NCBI RefSeq assembly: GCF_000195855.1
Contig: NC_002677.1
Coordinates: 1,770,001-1,802,000 of the forward strand
Source of the DNA: Mycobacterium leprae TN
GTDB lineage: Bacteria; Actinomycetota; Actinomycetes; Mycobacteriales; Mycobacteriaceae
Length of the DNA: 32,000 nt
Direction of reading: 5' to 3'
The position numbers and the translations under genes are program-made. Positions 18,670-27,611 of the stretch are shown here, piece after piece. Within the stretch, counting starts at the first letter, position 1. Every line of letters starts with the position of its first letter. The notes under the pieces were generated by a model, which worked only from the letters and a program-made list of their open reading frames with translations, searched no databases and had not been told where the DNA came from.

Positions 18670-21258
18670 GTGGCCCTTCCAAACCTCACCCGGGACCAGG
18701 CTGTCGAACGCTCCGCCCTGATCACCGTCGACAGCTACCAGATCAACCTCGATCTCACCGACGGCCCCGACAACGCCCCTAGCGACCGCACGTTCCGCTC
18801 CATCACCACGGTGGTGTTTGACGCACTAGCCGGCGCCGACACCGTAATCGACATTGCTGCCGATGCCGTGCGCAGTGCCACCCTCAACGACCACGAACTC
18901 GACGTCTCCGAATACGACGAATCGACCGGTATCCCGTTACCTGGACTGGCCGATCGCAACGTTGTCGTCGTCGACGCCGACTGCCGCTACTCCAACACCG
19001 GCGAGGGCCTACATCGCTTCGTCGACCCCGTAGACGACGAGATCTACTTGTACTCGCAATTCGAAACAGCTGACGCCAAAAGGATGTTCGCCTGCTTCGA
19101 CCAACCTGACCTCAAGGCCACCTTCGAGGTAGAGGTGACCGCATGCAAGAACTGGAAGGTGATCTCCAATAGCGTGTGCATCAACATCACCGAGGGGACA
19201 CACACCTTCGCCACCACCCCACGTATGAGCACCTATCTGGTGGCGTTGATCGCCGGGCCATACGCTGCTTGGTACGCCAGTTACCGCGACGAACACGGTG
19301 AAATCCCGCTGGGCATCTACTGCCGAGCCTCGCTGGCACAATTCATGGACGCCGAGCGATTATTCACACAGACTAAGAAGGGATTTAATTTTTACCACAA
19401 GCACTTTGGCCTACCGTACGCGTTCGGCAAATACGATCAGCTCTTCGTCCCCGAGTTCAATGCCGGAGCAATGGAAAACGCCGGCGCGGTGACGTTCCTC
19501 GAGGACTACGTCTTCCGCAGCAAAGTCACCCGTGCTTCCTATGAACGGCGCACCGAGACGGTACTACACGAGATGGCACACATGTGGTTCGGCAATTTGG
19601 TCACCATGACCTGGTGGGACGACTTGTGGCTGAACGAGTCTTTCGCAACCTTTGCATCGGTGCTGTGTCAAAGCGAAGCCACCGAATTTACCGAAGCGTG
19701 GACGACGTTCGCCACTGTGGAAAAGTCGTGGGCTTACTGCCAGGACCAACTGCCATCCACGCACCCGATCGTCGCCGACATCCCAGACCTGGCTGCAGTC
19801 GAGGTAAACTTTGACGGCATCACTTACGCTAAAGGCGCTTCCGTATTGAAGCAGCTCGTTGCGTACGTTGGGTTAGAGCAATTCCTGGCCGGGCTGCGCG
19901 ACTACTTCCGCAAACACGCATTCGCCAATGCCACTTTTGACGATCTGCTTGTCGCACTGGAAAACGCCTCCGGACGCGACTTGTCACACTGGAGTCAACA
20001 GTGGCTGAAAACCACTGGGATCAACATGCTAAGGCCAGATTTCGACGTCGACGCCGATGGCAAATTTACCCGGTTCTCGGTGATGCAAAGCGGCGCCGAA
20101 CCGGGTGCGGGTGAGACTCGGGTGCACCGGCTGGCGGTCGGAATCTACGATAACTGCGGGGAAGCCGACAAACTGGTGCGGGTGCATCGGGAAGAACTCG
20201 ACGTCGAGGGTACAGAAACGGAAGTACCTGCACTGGTTGGCATTTCGCAGGGCAAGCTGATTCTTGTCAATGATGACGACCTGACCTACTGCTCACTGCG
20301 GCTAGATGCCCAGTCGCTGCAAACCGCGCTACAGAGCATCGCCGACATCGCCGAACCACTGCCACGCACCCTGGTGTGGTCAACAGCCTGGGAAATGACC
20401 CGCGAGGCCGAATTGCGTGCCCGCGACTTCGTGGCGCTGGTTTCAGGTGCCTTGCATGCCGAAACCGAGGTCGGGGTGGCACAGCGGCTGCTACTGCAGG
20501 CGCAAACGGCGCTGGGCTCATATGCCGATCCAGACTGGGCGCGTGATTACGGCTGGCCGCAGTTCGCCGACCGGATCTTGGAATTGGCGCGCGCCGCAGT
20601 ATCCGGGTCGGATCACCAGCTCGCTTTCATCAACACGCTGTGCTCATCGGTGCTGTCGCCCCGGCATGTGCAGACATTGGCTGCCCTGCTCAACGATGAC
20701 CCCACCGAGCTGGGATTGCCTGGCGTGCAGGTCGATACCGATCTGCGCTGGCGCATCGTAACCGCACTCGCCACCGCCGGGACTCTCGATGCCAATGGGC
20801 CGCAGACACCATGGATCGACGCCGAGATGCAACGTGACCCGACGGCCGCCGGCAAGCGCCACGGCGCTCAGGCCGCAGCAGCACGGCCGCAGTCCGACAT
20901 TAAGGACAAGGCGTTCACTACGGTGGTCGAAGATGACACCCTGACTAACGCTGCAGGCCGGGCAATAATCGCGGGCATTGTCGCACCAGGACAAGGTGAG
21001 CTACTCAAGCCGTTCACCGCGCGCTACTTCGCCGCGATACCCGGTGTCTGGACACGGCGATCCAGCGAAGTAGCGCAAACGGTGGTGATCGGCCTGTATC
21101 CCCACTGGGACATCAGCGACGTGGGTATCGCCGCTGCTGAGGAGTTCCTAACCGCCCCGGAGTCAAAAGTACCACCAGCCTTGCGCCGGCTGGTGCTGGA
21201 GGGCCAGGCTGCGGTGAAGCGCGCACTACGCGCTCGCATGTTCGACAGTGCTGACTAA
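18670..21258 (+). CDS. pepN: Aminopeptidase N (M1 family zinc metallopeptidase)
   Basis: 862-aa intact ORF with a GTG start, beginning [30 protein letters not shown]. It has the exopeptidase motif GAMEN ([10 protein letters not shown]) and the zinc site HEMAHMWFG...(18 aa)...WLNESFA. Confidence 0.95.
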   Translation: MALPNLTRDQAVERSALITVDSYQINLDLTDGPDNAPSDRTFRSITTVVFDALAGADTVIDIAADAVRSATLNDHELDVSEYDESTGIPLPGLADRNVVVVDADCRYSNTGEGLHRFVDPVDDEIYLYSQFETADAKRMFACFDQPDLKATFEVEVTACKNWKVISNSVCINITEGTHTFATTPRMSTYLVALIAGPYAAWYASYRDEHGEIPLGIYCRASLAQFMDAERLFTQTKKGFNFYHKHFGLPYAFGKYDQLFVPEFNAGAMENAGAVTFLEDYVFRSKVTRASYERRTETVLHEMAHMWFGNLVTMTWWDDLWLNESFATFASVLCQSEATEFTEAWTTFATVEKSWAYCQDQLPSTHPIVADIPDLAAVEVNFDGITYAKGASVLKQLVAYVGLEQFLAGLRDYFRKHAFANATFDDLLVALENASGRDLSHWSQQWLKTTGINMLRPDFDVDADGKFTRFSVMQSGAEPGAGETRVHRLAVGIYDNCGEADKLVRVHREELDVEGTETEVPALVGISQGKLILVNDDDLTYCSLRLDAQSLQTALQSIADIAEPLPRTLVWSTAWEMTREAELRARDFVALVSGALHAETEVGVAQRLLLQAQTALGSYADPDWARDYGWPQFADRILELARAAVSGSDHQLAFINTLCSSVLSPRHVQTLAALLNDDPTELGLPGVQVDTDLRWRIVTALATAGTLDANGPQTPWIDAEMQRDPTAAGKRHGAQAAAARPQSDIKDKAFTTVVEDDTLTNAAGRAIIAGIVAPGQGELLKPFTARYFAAIPGVWTRRSSEVAQTVVIGLYPHWDISDVGIAAAEEFLTAPESKVPPALRRLVLEGQAAVKRALRARMFDSAD

Positions 21259-21261
21259 ATC

Positions 21262-21950
21262 GTTTGTTGCTGTGTTGTGGGTGTTTCATAGGTGGTGGGT
21301 GAAATGGCTGTTTTTGCGTTTTATGACTGGCCGATATGTTCGGTAGTCGTGGGGGGCAGCCCGGAATCCTGTTGACGTGTTTTGCTGTGTTGCGGGGTTT
21401 TTGTTGGTGGGTGGCTGACTGCCTGCTTTCGATGAGGCTTCGTGTGCTTTGCCGCAGTGGACACGATTAGCGCGGCGCACGTAAGCATGTCGGTGGTGGG
21501 TGCTGCTTGGTCTACATGTTGATGATGCCAGGGGCTGGGCACCTGGGCTGTGCTGAAGGCGATATCGATGCAGGCGTGAGTGTGAGGATAGTTGTTAGCG
21601 CCGCGGGGTAGGGGCGTTTTAGTGTGCATGTCATGGCCTTGAGGTGTCGGCGTGGTCAATGTGGCCGCACCTGAACAGGCACGTCCCCGTGCACGGTATA
21701 ACTATTCGCACCTGATGTTATCCCTTGCACCATTTCTGCCGCTGGTATCGGTGTCGGCGGCTTGTTGACCGGCCCTCAGCCAGCAAGCAGGCATGCCGCC
21801 GGGTGCAGCAGTATCGTGTTAGTGAACAGTGCATCGATGATCCGGCCGTCGGCGGCACATACGGCAACCTTCTAGCGCAGATCAACCACCCACACCCCAC
21901 CAGCCCACCACAACACCACCCAAACCAAACCAGCAAAAAATAACCACCAA
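21262..21950 (+). repeat. RLEP, the M. leprae-specific dispersed repeat (one copy; ends approximate)
   Basis: It contains verbatim sites of RLEP diagnostic primers as I remember them. tgcatgtcatggccttgagg (21625..21644) and the complement of caccgataccagcggcagaa (21734..21753) are spaced to give 129 bp. gcagtatcgtgttagtgaa (21808..21826), the probe tcgatgatccggccgtcggcg, and the complement of cgctagaaggttgccgtat (21859..21877) give 70 bp. gcacgtaagcatgtcggtgg lies at ~21478. The left end is GT-rich and the right end CA-rich. There is no credible coding capacity. Confidence 0.9.
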
Positions 21951-21954
21951 ATGA

Positions 21955-22813
21955 CCATCGCCGAGAATCCGGTAAAACTGGTGTTTGCACTGGTGAACAA
22001 AATGGCAGCCCATACCACCTGGAAGAGGCCATAGAAGAAGTTGGCGATTACCCCGTTGTTAAAGACCACGCGAATAACCTGAGACAAAACCAATGGATGT
22101 TCATCGACATACGGTGTTGCGTGGGTAACAAACGCCAGGCACACAACATCAGCCAGCAAGAATCCAAGCACCGCATACATGACAGTGAGAACGCAACTCG
22201 CGTTGAAGCCCTGCGGTTTTCGGCAGAAATCAGTCGTATTCGAGATCGCCTCAACACCGGCCAGTTACGAACCCCCGTTAGCGAACGCACGCAACACGGT
22301 CAGGATCGTCGCGCCCATCACCAGCCCGCTTCCCTGCTGCCCCGGCACCGGTCCGACCAGCTGATACGGATAGTATGTCAGTAATTCCCTGTACTATATT
22401 CGCGGATGACGCCGACCATGATTGCCAAGGCTTCCATGAAGATGGACGCATAAGTAGCCACCGCGAACAGCGTCCACATTTCGCGGAGGCCGTGCAAACG
22501 CGCTTTAGGAGATCAGCAGCGCCATAACAGACGATGATGTCCAGGCTGTAGAAACCCAACACGGGGATCGCCGGCACCACCGCAACCGTCCCGGCCGTCA
22601 CGTGTACCACACACTCTGGACCACATAGTCGATCAGCAAGGAGGCCGCTGCGATCTGCTCCAGTAGGTGAAAGTTACTCAAGCACAACTTGTTAGACCAT
22701 TTCATGGACCTCAAGTCCTCGGTGATTAGTGACTTGCCCAGGGCGATAAACTCGGCTATGTCACCAAACGACAGCAGGATGCGCAGCTTGCCAACCGAAG
22801 ATGTCACGACCAC
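21955..22813 (-). pseudogene. APC-superfamily permease pseudogene, 5' portion only, cut off at the RLEP boundary
   Basis: Fragments in three frames: GKLRILLSFGDIAEFIALGKSLITEDLRS..., GSGLVMGATILTVLRAFANGGS*LAGVEAISNTTDFCRKPQGFNA (the LRAFA.G...TGVEAISN...FRKP signature of this permease family), and MYAVLGFLLADVVCLAFV...WAAILFTSANTSFTGF. Homology stops where the RLEP CA-rich end begins (~21940..21965). Confidence 0.6.
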
Positions 22814-22957
22814 ATTCCTTACCCCACGGTTGAGGATGACGACATAGCTTTAATGCACTTTACCGTTTGCTCCCAGGCTCTTTCAAATTCAAACCGAAAC
22901 GTCAACAGCACTAAAGACAGATCGACGAGGCAAACATCACGGCGTTGCTCCGGTGAT

Positions 22958-24061
22958 CTAGCTGAGCCGCGCGACGACGGCAGCGATCCGCTCATCGCTG
23001 GCGGTCAGAGCCACCCTCACATGCTGACAACCACCGGGGCCGTAGAATTCGCCGAGCGCCACCAGGATTCCACGCTGGGCGAACCACTCAACGCTATCCC
23101 GACAAGGCTCACCACGGCTGGCCCACAGGTACAAGCCGGCCTCGGAATGATCAACGGTAAAACCGGCTGATACGACCGCGGGCAACAAAACATCCCTTCG
23201 ACGAGCGTAGCGGTCTCGCTGCTCGCGTTCGTGAGCGTCGTCCCCAAGGGCGGCGACCATGGCCGCCTGCACCGGAGTCGGCACCATCATCCCGGCGTGT
23301 TTGCGTACCGCCAGCAGCTCAGCAACCAAGTCCGGATCTCCAGCAACAAAACCCGCCCGATATCCGGCCAACGACGAGCTCTTTGACAGCGAGTGCACCG
23401 CCAGCAGCCCAGTATGGTTGCCGTCACAAACCAAAGGGTGCAACACCGAGAACGGCTCGGCGTCCCAACCTAAACCCAGGTAGCACTCGTCAGAAACCAC
23501 CACGACACCACGATTGCGCGCCCATCCCACCATCTTGCGCAAGTGGTTCACGGCGAGTACTTGGCCGGTCGGGTTGCTCGGAGAGTTGAGGTAGAACAGC
23601 GCCGGGGACTGCAGGCCCAGCTGGGTCAACGAATCCGCACGCAGCACCCGTGCTCCGGCCAACCGGGCGCCAACATTATATGTCGGATACGCCAGTTCCG
23701 GCACCACAACCACGTCGCCGGCGCGCAGGCCCAGCAGGGTCGGCAACCAGGCGATCAGTTCCTTGGTGCCAATCACAGGTAGCACGGCCGCCTCAGTGAG
23801 TCCGGTGATGCCGTAGCGGCGGTCCAACGCTGCCACGGCCGCCTCACGCAGCCGCGCAGTGCCGGCCGTAGTGGGATATCCCGCTACGGAGCTCGCGGCA
23901 GCAAGAGCTTCTTGAATCAGCGGCGCTACGGGATCGACCGGGGTGCCAACGGACAGGTCGACAATACCGTCGGGATGACTCTCGGCGACGGCTTTCGCAT
24001 CGGCCAAGGTATCCCAGGGAAACACCGGCAAGGTAGCCGACACTCGCCCAAAGGGGGACAC
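22958..24061 (-). CDS. dapC: PLP-dependent class I aminotransferase, actinobacterial N-succinyldiaminopimelate aminotransferase (DapC/Rv1178) type
   Basis: 367-aa intact ORF with a GTG start. It reads LPVFPWDTLADAKAVAESHPDGIVDLSVGTPVDPVAP, NSPSNPTG, and the PLP-lysine motif SLSKSSSLAGYRAGF. It lies immediately downstream of fdxC on the same strand, as the Rv1177-Rv1178 and corynebacterial fdxC-dapC pairs do (from memory). Confidence 0.8.
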   Translation of the reverse strand: MSPFGRVSATLPVFPWDTLADAKAVAESHPDGIVDLSVGTPVDPVAPLIQEALAAASSVAGYPTTAGTARLREAAVAALDRRYGITGLTEAAVLPVIGTKELIAWLPTLLGLRAGDVVVVPELAYPTYNVGARLAGARVLRADSLTQLGLQSPALFYLNSPSNPTGQVLAVNHLRKMVGWARNRGVVVVSDECYLGLGWDAEPFSVLHPLVCDGNHTGLLAVHSLSKSSSLAGYRAGFVAGDPDLVAELLAVRKHAGMMVPTPVQAAMVAALGDDAHEREQRDRYARRRDVLLPAVVSAGFTVDHSEAGLYLWASRGEPCRDSVEWFAQRGILVALGEFYGPGGCQHVRVALTASDERIAAVVARLS

Positions 24062-24098
24062 GCACCCCTCCCTGCTAGCTTCTCCAACGCCGTCCGAC

Positions 24099-24425
24099 TC
24101 AATCGCCTTCGCCCTGCGGCGCGAGGTTCTTGATCACTTGCGGATCATTCTCAGCCATACCGACCTTTGCCGCGCCGCCCGGCGATCCCAACTCAACAAA
24201 GAAATCGACGTTGATCTGCGTGTAATGGCTCCACTGTTCGGGCACGTCGTCTTCGTAATAGATCGCTTCGACCGGGCAGACCGGTTCGCACGCCCCACAG
24301 TCGACGCATTCGTCAGGGTGGATGTACAGCATCCGGGCGCCCTCGTAGATGCAATCGACCGGGCACTCCTCAATGCACGCCTTGTCTTTGATGTCGACAC
24401 AGGGTTCGGCTATCACGTACGTCAC
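24099..24425 (-). CDS. fdxC: 7Fe ferredoxin ([3Fe-4S][4Fe-4S])
   Basis: 108-aa ORF MTYVIAEPCVDIKDKACIEECPVDCIYEGARMLYIHPDECVDCGACEPVCPVEAIYYEDDVP. The cysteine pattern CxxxxxxC...CP plus CxxCxxCxxxCP is typical of actinobacterial 7Fe ferredoxins. Confidence 0.93.
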   Translation of the reverse strand: MTYVIAEPCVDIKDKACIEECPVDCIYEGARMLYIHPDECVDCGACEPVCPVEAIYYEDDVPEQWSHYTQINVDFFVELGSPGGAAKVGMAENDPQVIKNLAPQGEGD

Positions 24426-24604
24426 AGACGTCTCCTCCGTGTACTGTTTGGTGTGGGTTGCTTATTCGCCTCGCCACGGCACGTGCAAGCCACTTTCCCG
24501 GACAAAGCGTTCGGTTACTGATACTAGACGTTGCACATACACGTCAACTACTGGGCACAATCGTCACAATTCCTAGAAGTCTAGGGTCGTAGTTACACAG
24601 CACC

Positions 24605-24903
24605 GTGCGTTACGATTTATACTGCCCGAGTAGCGCTGTCCCACGCGATCCTAGGCTAGCTGTGCGAGCACGGCTAGCCTAGGATACGAACTGGCGCACC
24701 GATTTGATCGCTGGATACACGCCACAAAAGTCACCCGGCCCAGCCAACCCGACGTCAATAGAGACAGGGCTGAGATGGATCCCGGGTGGCCGTCAAACCA
24801 CTCAGCGACATCCGAGCTGAAAAACAACATGATCGATCGGTTCGACAAGGTTATTCAGGCACTTCAAGAGCCTCCGGAGGACTCCAACGGACGCCATGAC
24901 TAA
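24605..24903 (+). pseudogene. PadR-like transcriptional regulator relic (Rv1176c position)
   Basis: One frame reads VRYDLYCPSSAVPRDPRLAVRARLA*. An open 76-codon frame (24673..24903) reads ASLGYELAHRFDRW...ELKNNMIDRFDKVIQALQEPPEDSNGRHD*. GYELAHRF resembles the PadR winged-helix segment. Its stop overlaps the fadH relic ATG (ATGACTAA, 24896..24903). It has no start codon in frame and is much shorter than expected. Assignment is tentative. Confidence 0.4.
24648..24685. repeat. Perfect 13-bp inverted repeat ATCCTAGGCTAGC-N12-GCTAGCCTAGGAT
   Basis: Read directly: the left arm is 24648..24660 and the right arm is 24673..24685. The spacer tgtgcgagcacg itself contains the complementary pair gtgc/gcac. 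It lies ~225 bp upstream of fdxC, inside the PadR-like relic. Confidence 0.9.
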
Positions 24904-26967
24904 AAAACTCTCCCCGCAGTGGAATCCCTACCCAGTCTTGAACCTTGTTATCTCGGTTGGCCGTTGGCTTTACTATGTTGCGCAATCGGGTGGTCATGGG
25001 GCCGATGTATGCCGGACGGGAAGACCGAATTCACCATATCGATCGACTCGTCGCATACTTCACCAAACACGTACATGGAGGGCTCTGACAGATCATTACC
25101 GGGAGGCAACGCACCGAACCGCACCGGCTTGCTGCTGCCATTCGCATCGGAAATGGTTTCCTTCCCACAAGCCCGACGGCATCGTCGTGTCACCATACAC
25201 GTCCAACGAACCGGGCGTCGAAATCCTGTTGCAGATCCTACACGCAGAACGTTACGCCTACCATCCACTTTCAGTCAGCGTGTCGTCAATCAACCCGTTC
25301 CGGCCACGAGCGCTGTCGTCTCGGGGCATCGAAGCAACGATCGCCGATTTTGCCCGCTGCACTTAACTGGCTCGCGAAGCCAGCTATGATGGAGTCGAAA
25401 TCATGGGCATCGGAGGATGCCTGGTCAACCAGTTTCTAGCACCGCGCACCAACAAACGCACCGAATTCTTTGGAGTGGCGCACCGGCCAACCGCAGCTCG
25501 CTCCCGGTCGAGATCGTGCTCCGCCCCCGTGCTGTCGTCGACCCCGATTGCATCACTTGTTACCGGATGTCATGGTCAACTACGTCGAGGACTGTAAAAG
25601 CTGAGACGAGATCATCGCGTTGACGACCGAAGTGCAGACCGCAGGCGCGACCATGATCAACTCCGACTTCGGTTGGCACGAGGCCCGGGCACCGAAGGAT
25701 CATCACTTAGGTGCCTAACAACGCCTTCATTGGTATCAGCGACGCTGTCGCCCGACCACGTCAGCATCCCGGTGGTGGCATCCAACATGTATTAGCATGC
25801 CGTAAGCCTCCGACCAGATCGGAGCCGAGAGACCCGGTGCAGCCTGATTCGATGGCCCAACCGTTGCTGAGCGACCCGGAGTGGGTACGCAAGAGCGCGA
25901 CGGACCGTTCCGAGAAAATCAATACCTGCCTCGCCTGCAATCAGACTTGCCTCGTCCACGCATTCGCAAAAAATGGTGTCCTGCCCCCGAGCCGAGCGCA
26001 AGATGCAACTAATGCTGTCCCCGGCCCGGCGCACCCACTCAGTGGCCGTCATCGAGACCGGTCCGGCCGAACTGGGCGCAGCGGTGATCATCACCCAGCG
26101 CGGGCACCAGATAATATTATATCAAGGCCAATGATTTCATCAGCGGCCAGTTCGACATGGCCCGCCGCAGTCCCGACAACGAAGAATTTAACGAGACCAT
26201 CCGCTACTGCACAACGATGCTGGAAAAACACGGTGTAGTGGTGCGGCTGGGTATTCGGGTGTCGGCGATCGACGTAACGGGGTACGAAATTGTCGTACTG
26301 GCTACTGGATTGGCACCACGCATTCCGGCCATCCCTAGCATTTACCCACCCGATGTTAATGACCTACGCCGAAGCGATTATGAGCAGCAAGCCGGTCGAA
26401 CGAACCGTGGCGGTAGGTCGGGGCCGGAAGCACCGGCTTCGACATCAGCGAACTCCTGGTTACCGAACAATCACCTACCCGAGACTCTAAAGACCTCAAA
26501 GCGTGGAAAGCCGAATGGACTTCGCGGATCTCCAAAAACCACACGGCGCGCTGACCACCCCGGCGCCCGCACAGCCCGCTCATCAAGTAGACCTGCTGCA
26601 ACGCAGCAAAGTTCCACAGGGCAAACAGTTCGGCAAAACCAGCGGATGGATGCACCGAGCATTGTTAAAGACCAAAGGCGTTCCCCAACTCTCCGGAGTG
26701 AATTACGATCGGATTCACCGACGACGGTCTGCACATCCATATTTCAGACCGAACCGGCAGCGCCCACGACTGCTCGCAGTTGACAATGTGGTGCTCTGGG
26801 CGTACCAGGAGTCGGTCCGCGATCTGGAAAATGCACTAAGAACTGCAGATATCGACCTAAACATCACCGGCGGAGCGGCCTTTGCCGCGGAGCCGGACGC
26901 AAAGCGCGCCATCATGCATAGCACAGAGCTGGCGGCCCGGCTCGGGCGTGAGGGCCCATTTCGCTGA
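24896..26967 (+). pseudogene. fadH: NADPH-dependent 2,4-dienoyl-CoA reductase FadH pseudogene
   Basis: Fragments across all three frames: GFTMLRNRVVMGPMYAGREDRIHHIDRLVAYF, GGNAPNRTGLLLPFASEMVSFPQARRHRRVT, ILLQILHAERYAYHPLSVS...INPFRPRALSSRGIEATIADFARC, LVNQFLAPRTNKRT, DEIIALTTEVQTAGATMINSDFGWHEAR, MAQPLLSDPEWVRKSATDRSEKINTCLACNQTCL, EFNETIRYCTTMLEKHGVVVRLG, KTSGWMHRALLKTKGVPQLSGVNYDRI and AAEPDAKRAIMHSTELAARL, with a stop at 26965..26967. There are numerous stops and frameshifts, but overall length is conserved. Confidence 0.85.
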
Positions 26968-27150
26968 CCACAAACCAAGTCAGCAGGCCACCGAACTACA
27001 GATAATCACGTCCGGAGCGTGGTCGCCGACATTTCTTGCATCGGAAGTAAGTCACGGGGGGAGTTGGTAGCCGTGATCGCAGACGGCAGCCACTGGGGAG
27101 ATGCCCGTAGCCGTCTTGTTGGCGATGCAATAACTGGGGAAGGTGCCCAC

Positions 27151-27488
27151 ATGGTTAGGTCTTTAGCCAAATAGCTGTTACTCTGGGCAGAGTAGCGCTA
27201 GCCACTACGGCTTAAGATTTGCATCCGCAGATCCACTGCAACACACGCGCTGTAATTACGGGCAAGTGCTGTCGCTCAACCCGCCGGATCCGGGTGCTAT
27301 CGCACAATTAAACTTATTCATACTCAATGGCGCAGAACTATTTGCATCAGTTCCTGGTCGCTCCGCCAGCGCAACACGCGCAGATAGCAGCAGATAAGAA
27401 TTATGCCGGGGCTGCGCAATACTTCGACCTGTTTGAGCAGATAACTGACATCTGCAACAACTACATGAGCCGCTCAGTAACCGCTTAG
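27151..27488 (+). pseudogene. Homologue of the low-molecular-weight T-cell antigen TB8.4 (Rv1174c), pseudogene
   Basis: From ATG 27151 (a GGGAAGG element lies upstream) the frame reads MVRSLAK then TAG. The frame from 27221 reads ASADPLQHTRCNYGQVLSLNPPDPGAIAQLN. After a frameshift near 27310..27326, a 53-codon open frame (27327..27488) reads MAQNYLHQFLVAPPAQHAQIAADKNYAGAAQYFDLFEQITDICNNY. This parallels the TB8.4 sequence as I recall it (CNYGQV, DPGAAAQFN, AQSYLRNFLAAPPPQR, GAAQY, CNNY). Confidence 0.6.
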
Positions 27489-27611
27489 CAGATGGTGTTC
27501 TCCCACGTCACGACAAAGGTTGTGCCAAGTATCGTATTCACGTCACGCCACTAGACTGGGACACCTCCCGCTTGCGGGAGAAGAGAACACCCGCCCTCGC
27601 GGATAAAAGAT

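Noticed and set aside
21321-21659. 112-aa minus-strand ORF (plus 64-aa and 72-aa ORFs) inside RLEP as a possible transposase or element-encoded protein.
   Set aside because: The translation is compositionally biased (Thr/Pro/His/Gln-rich) and shows no DDE, HTH or recombinase motif I can recognise. To my knowledge RLEP is described as non-coding. The ORFs are a by-product of the GT/CA-rich strand bias.
27565-27580. Hairpin ctcccg-cttg-cgggag between the TB8.4 relic and the fbiC stop as a bidirectional terminator.
   Set aside because: The stem is only 6 bp and there is no flanking T/A tract. It is plausible but not supportable from sequence alone.
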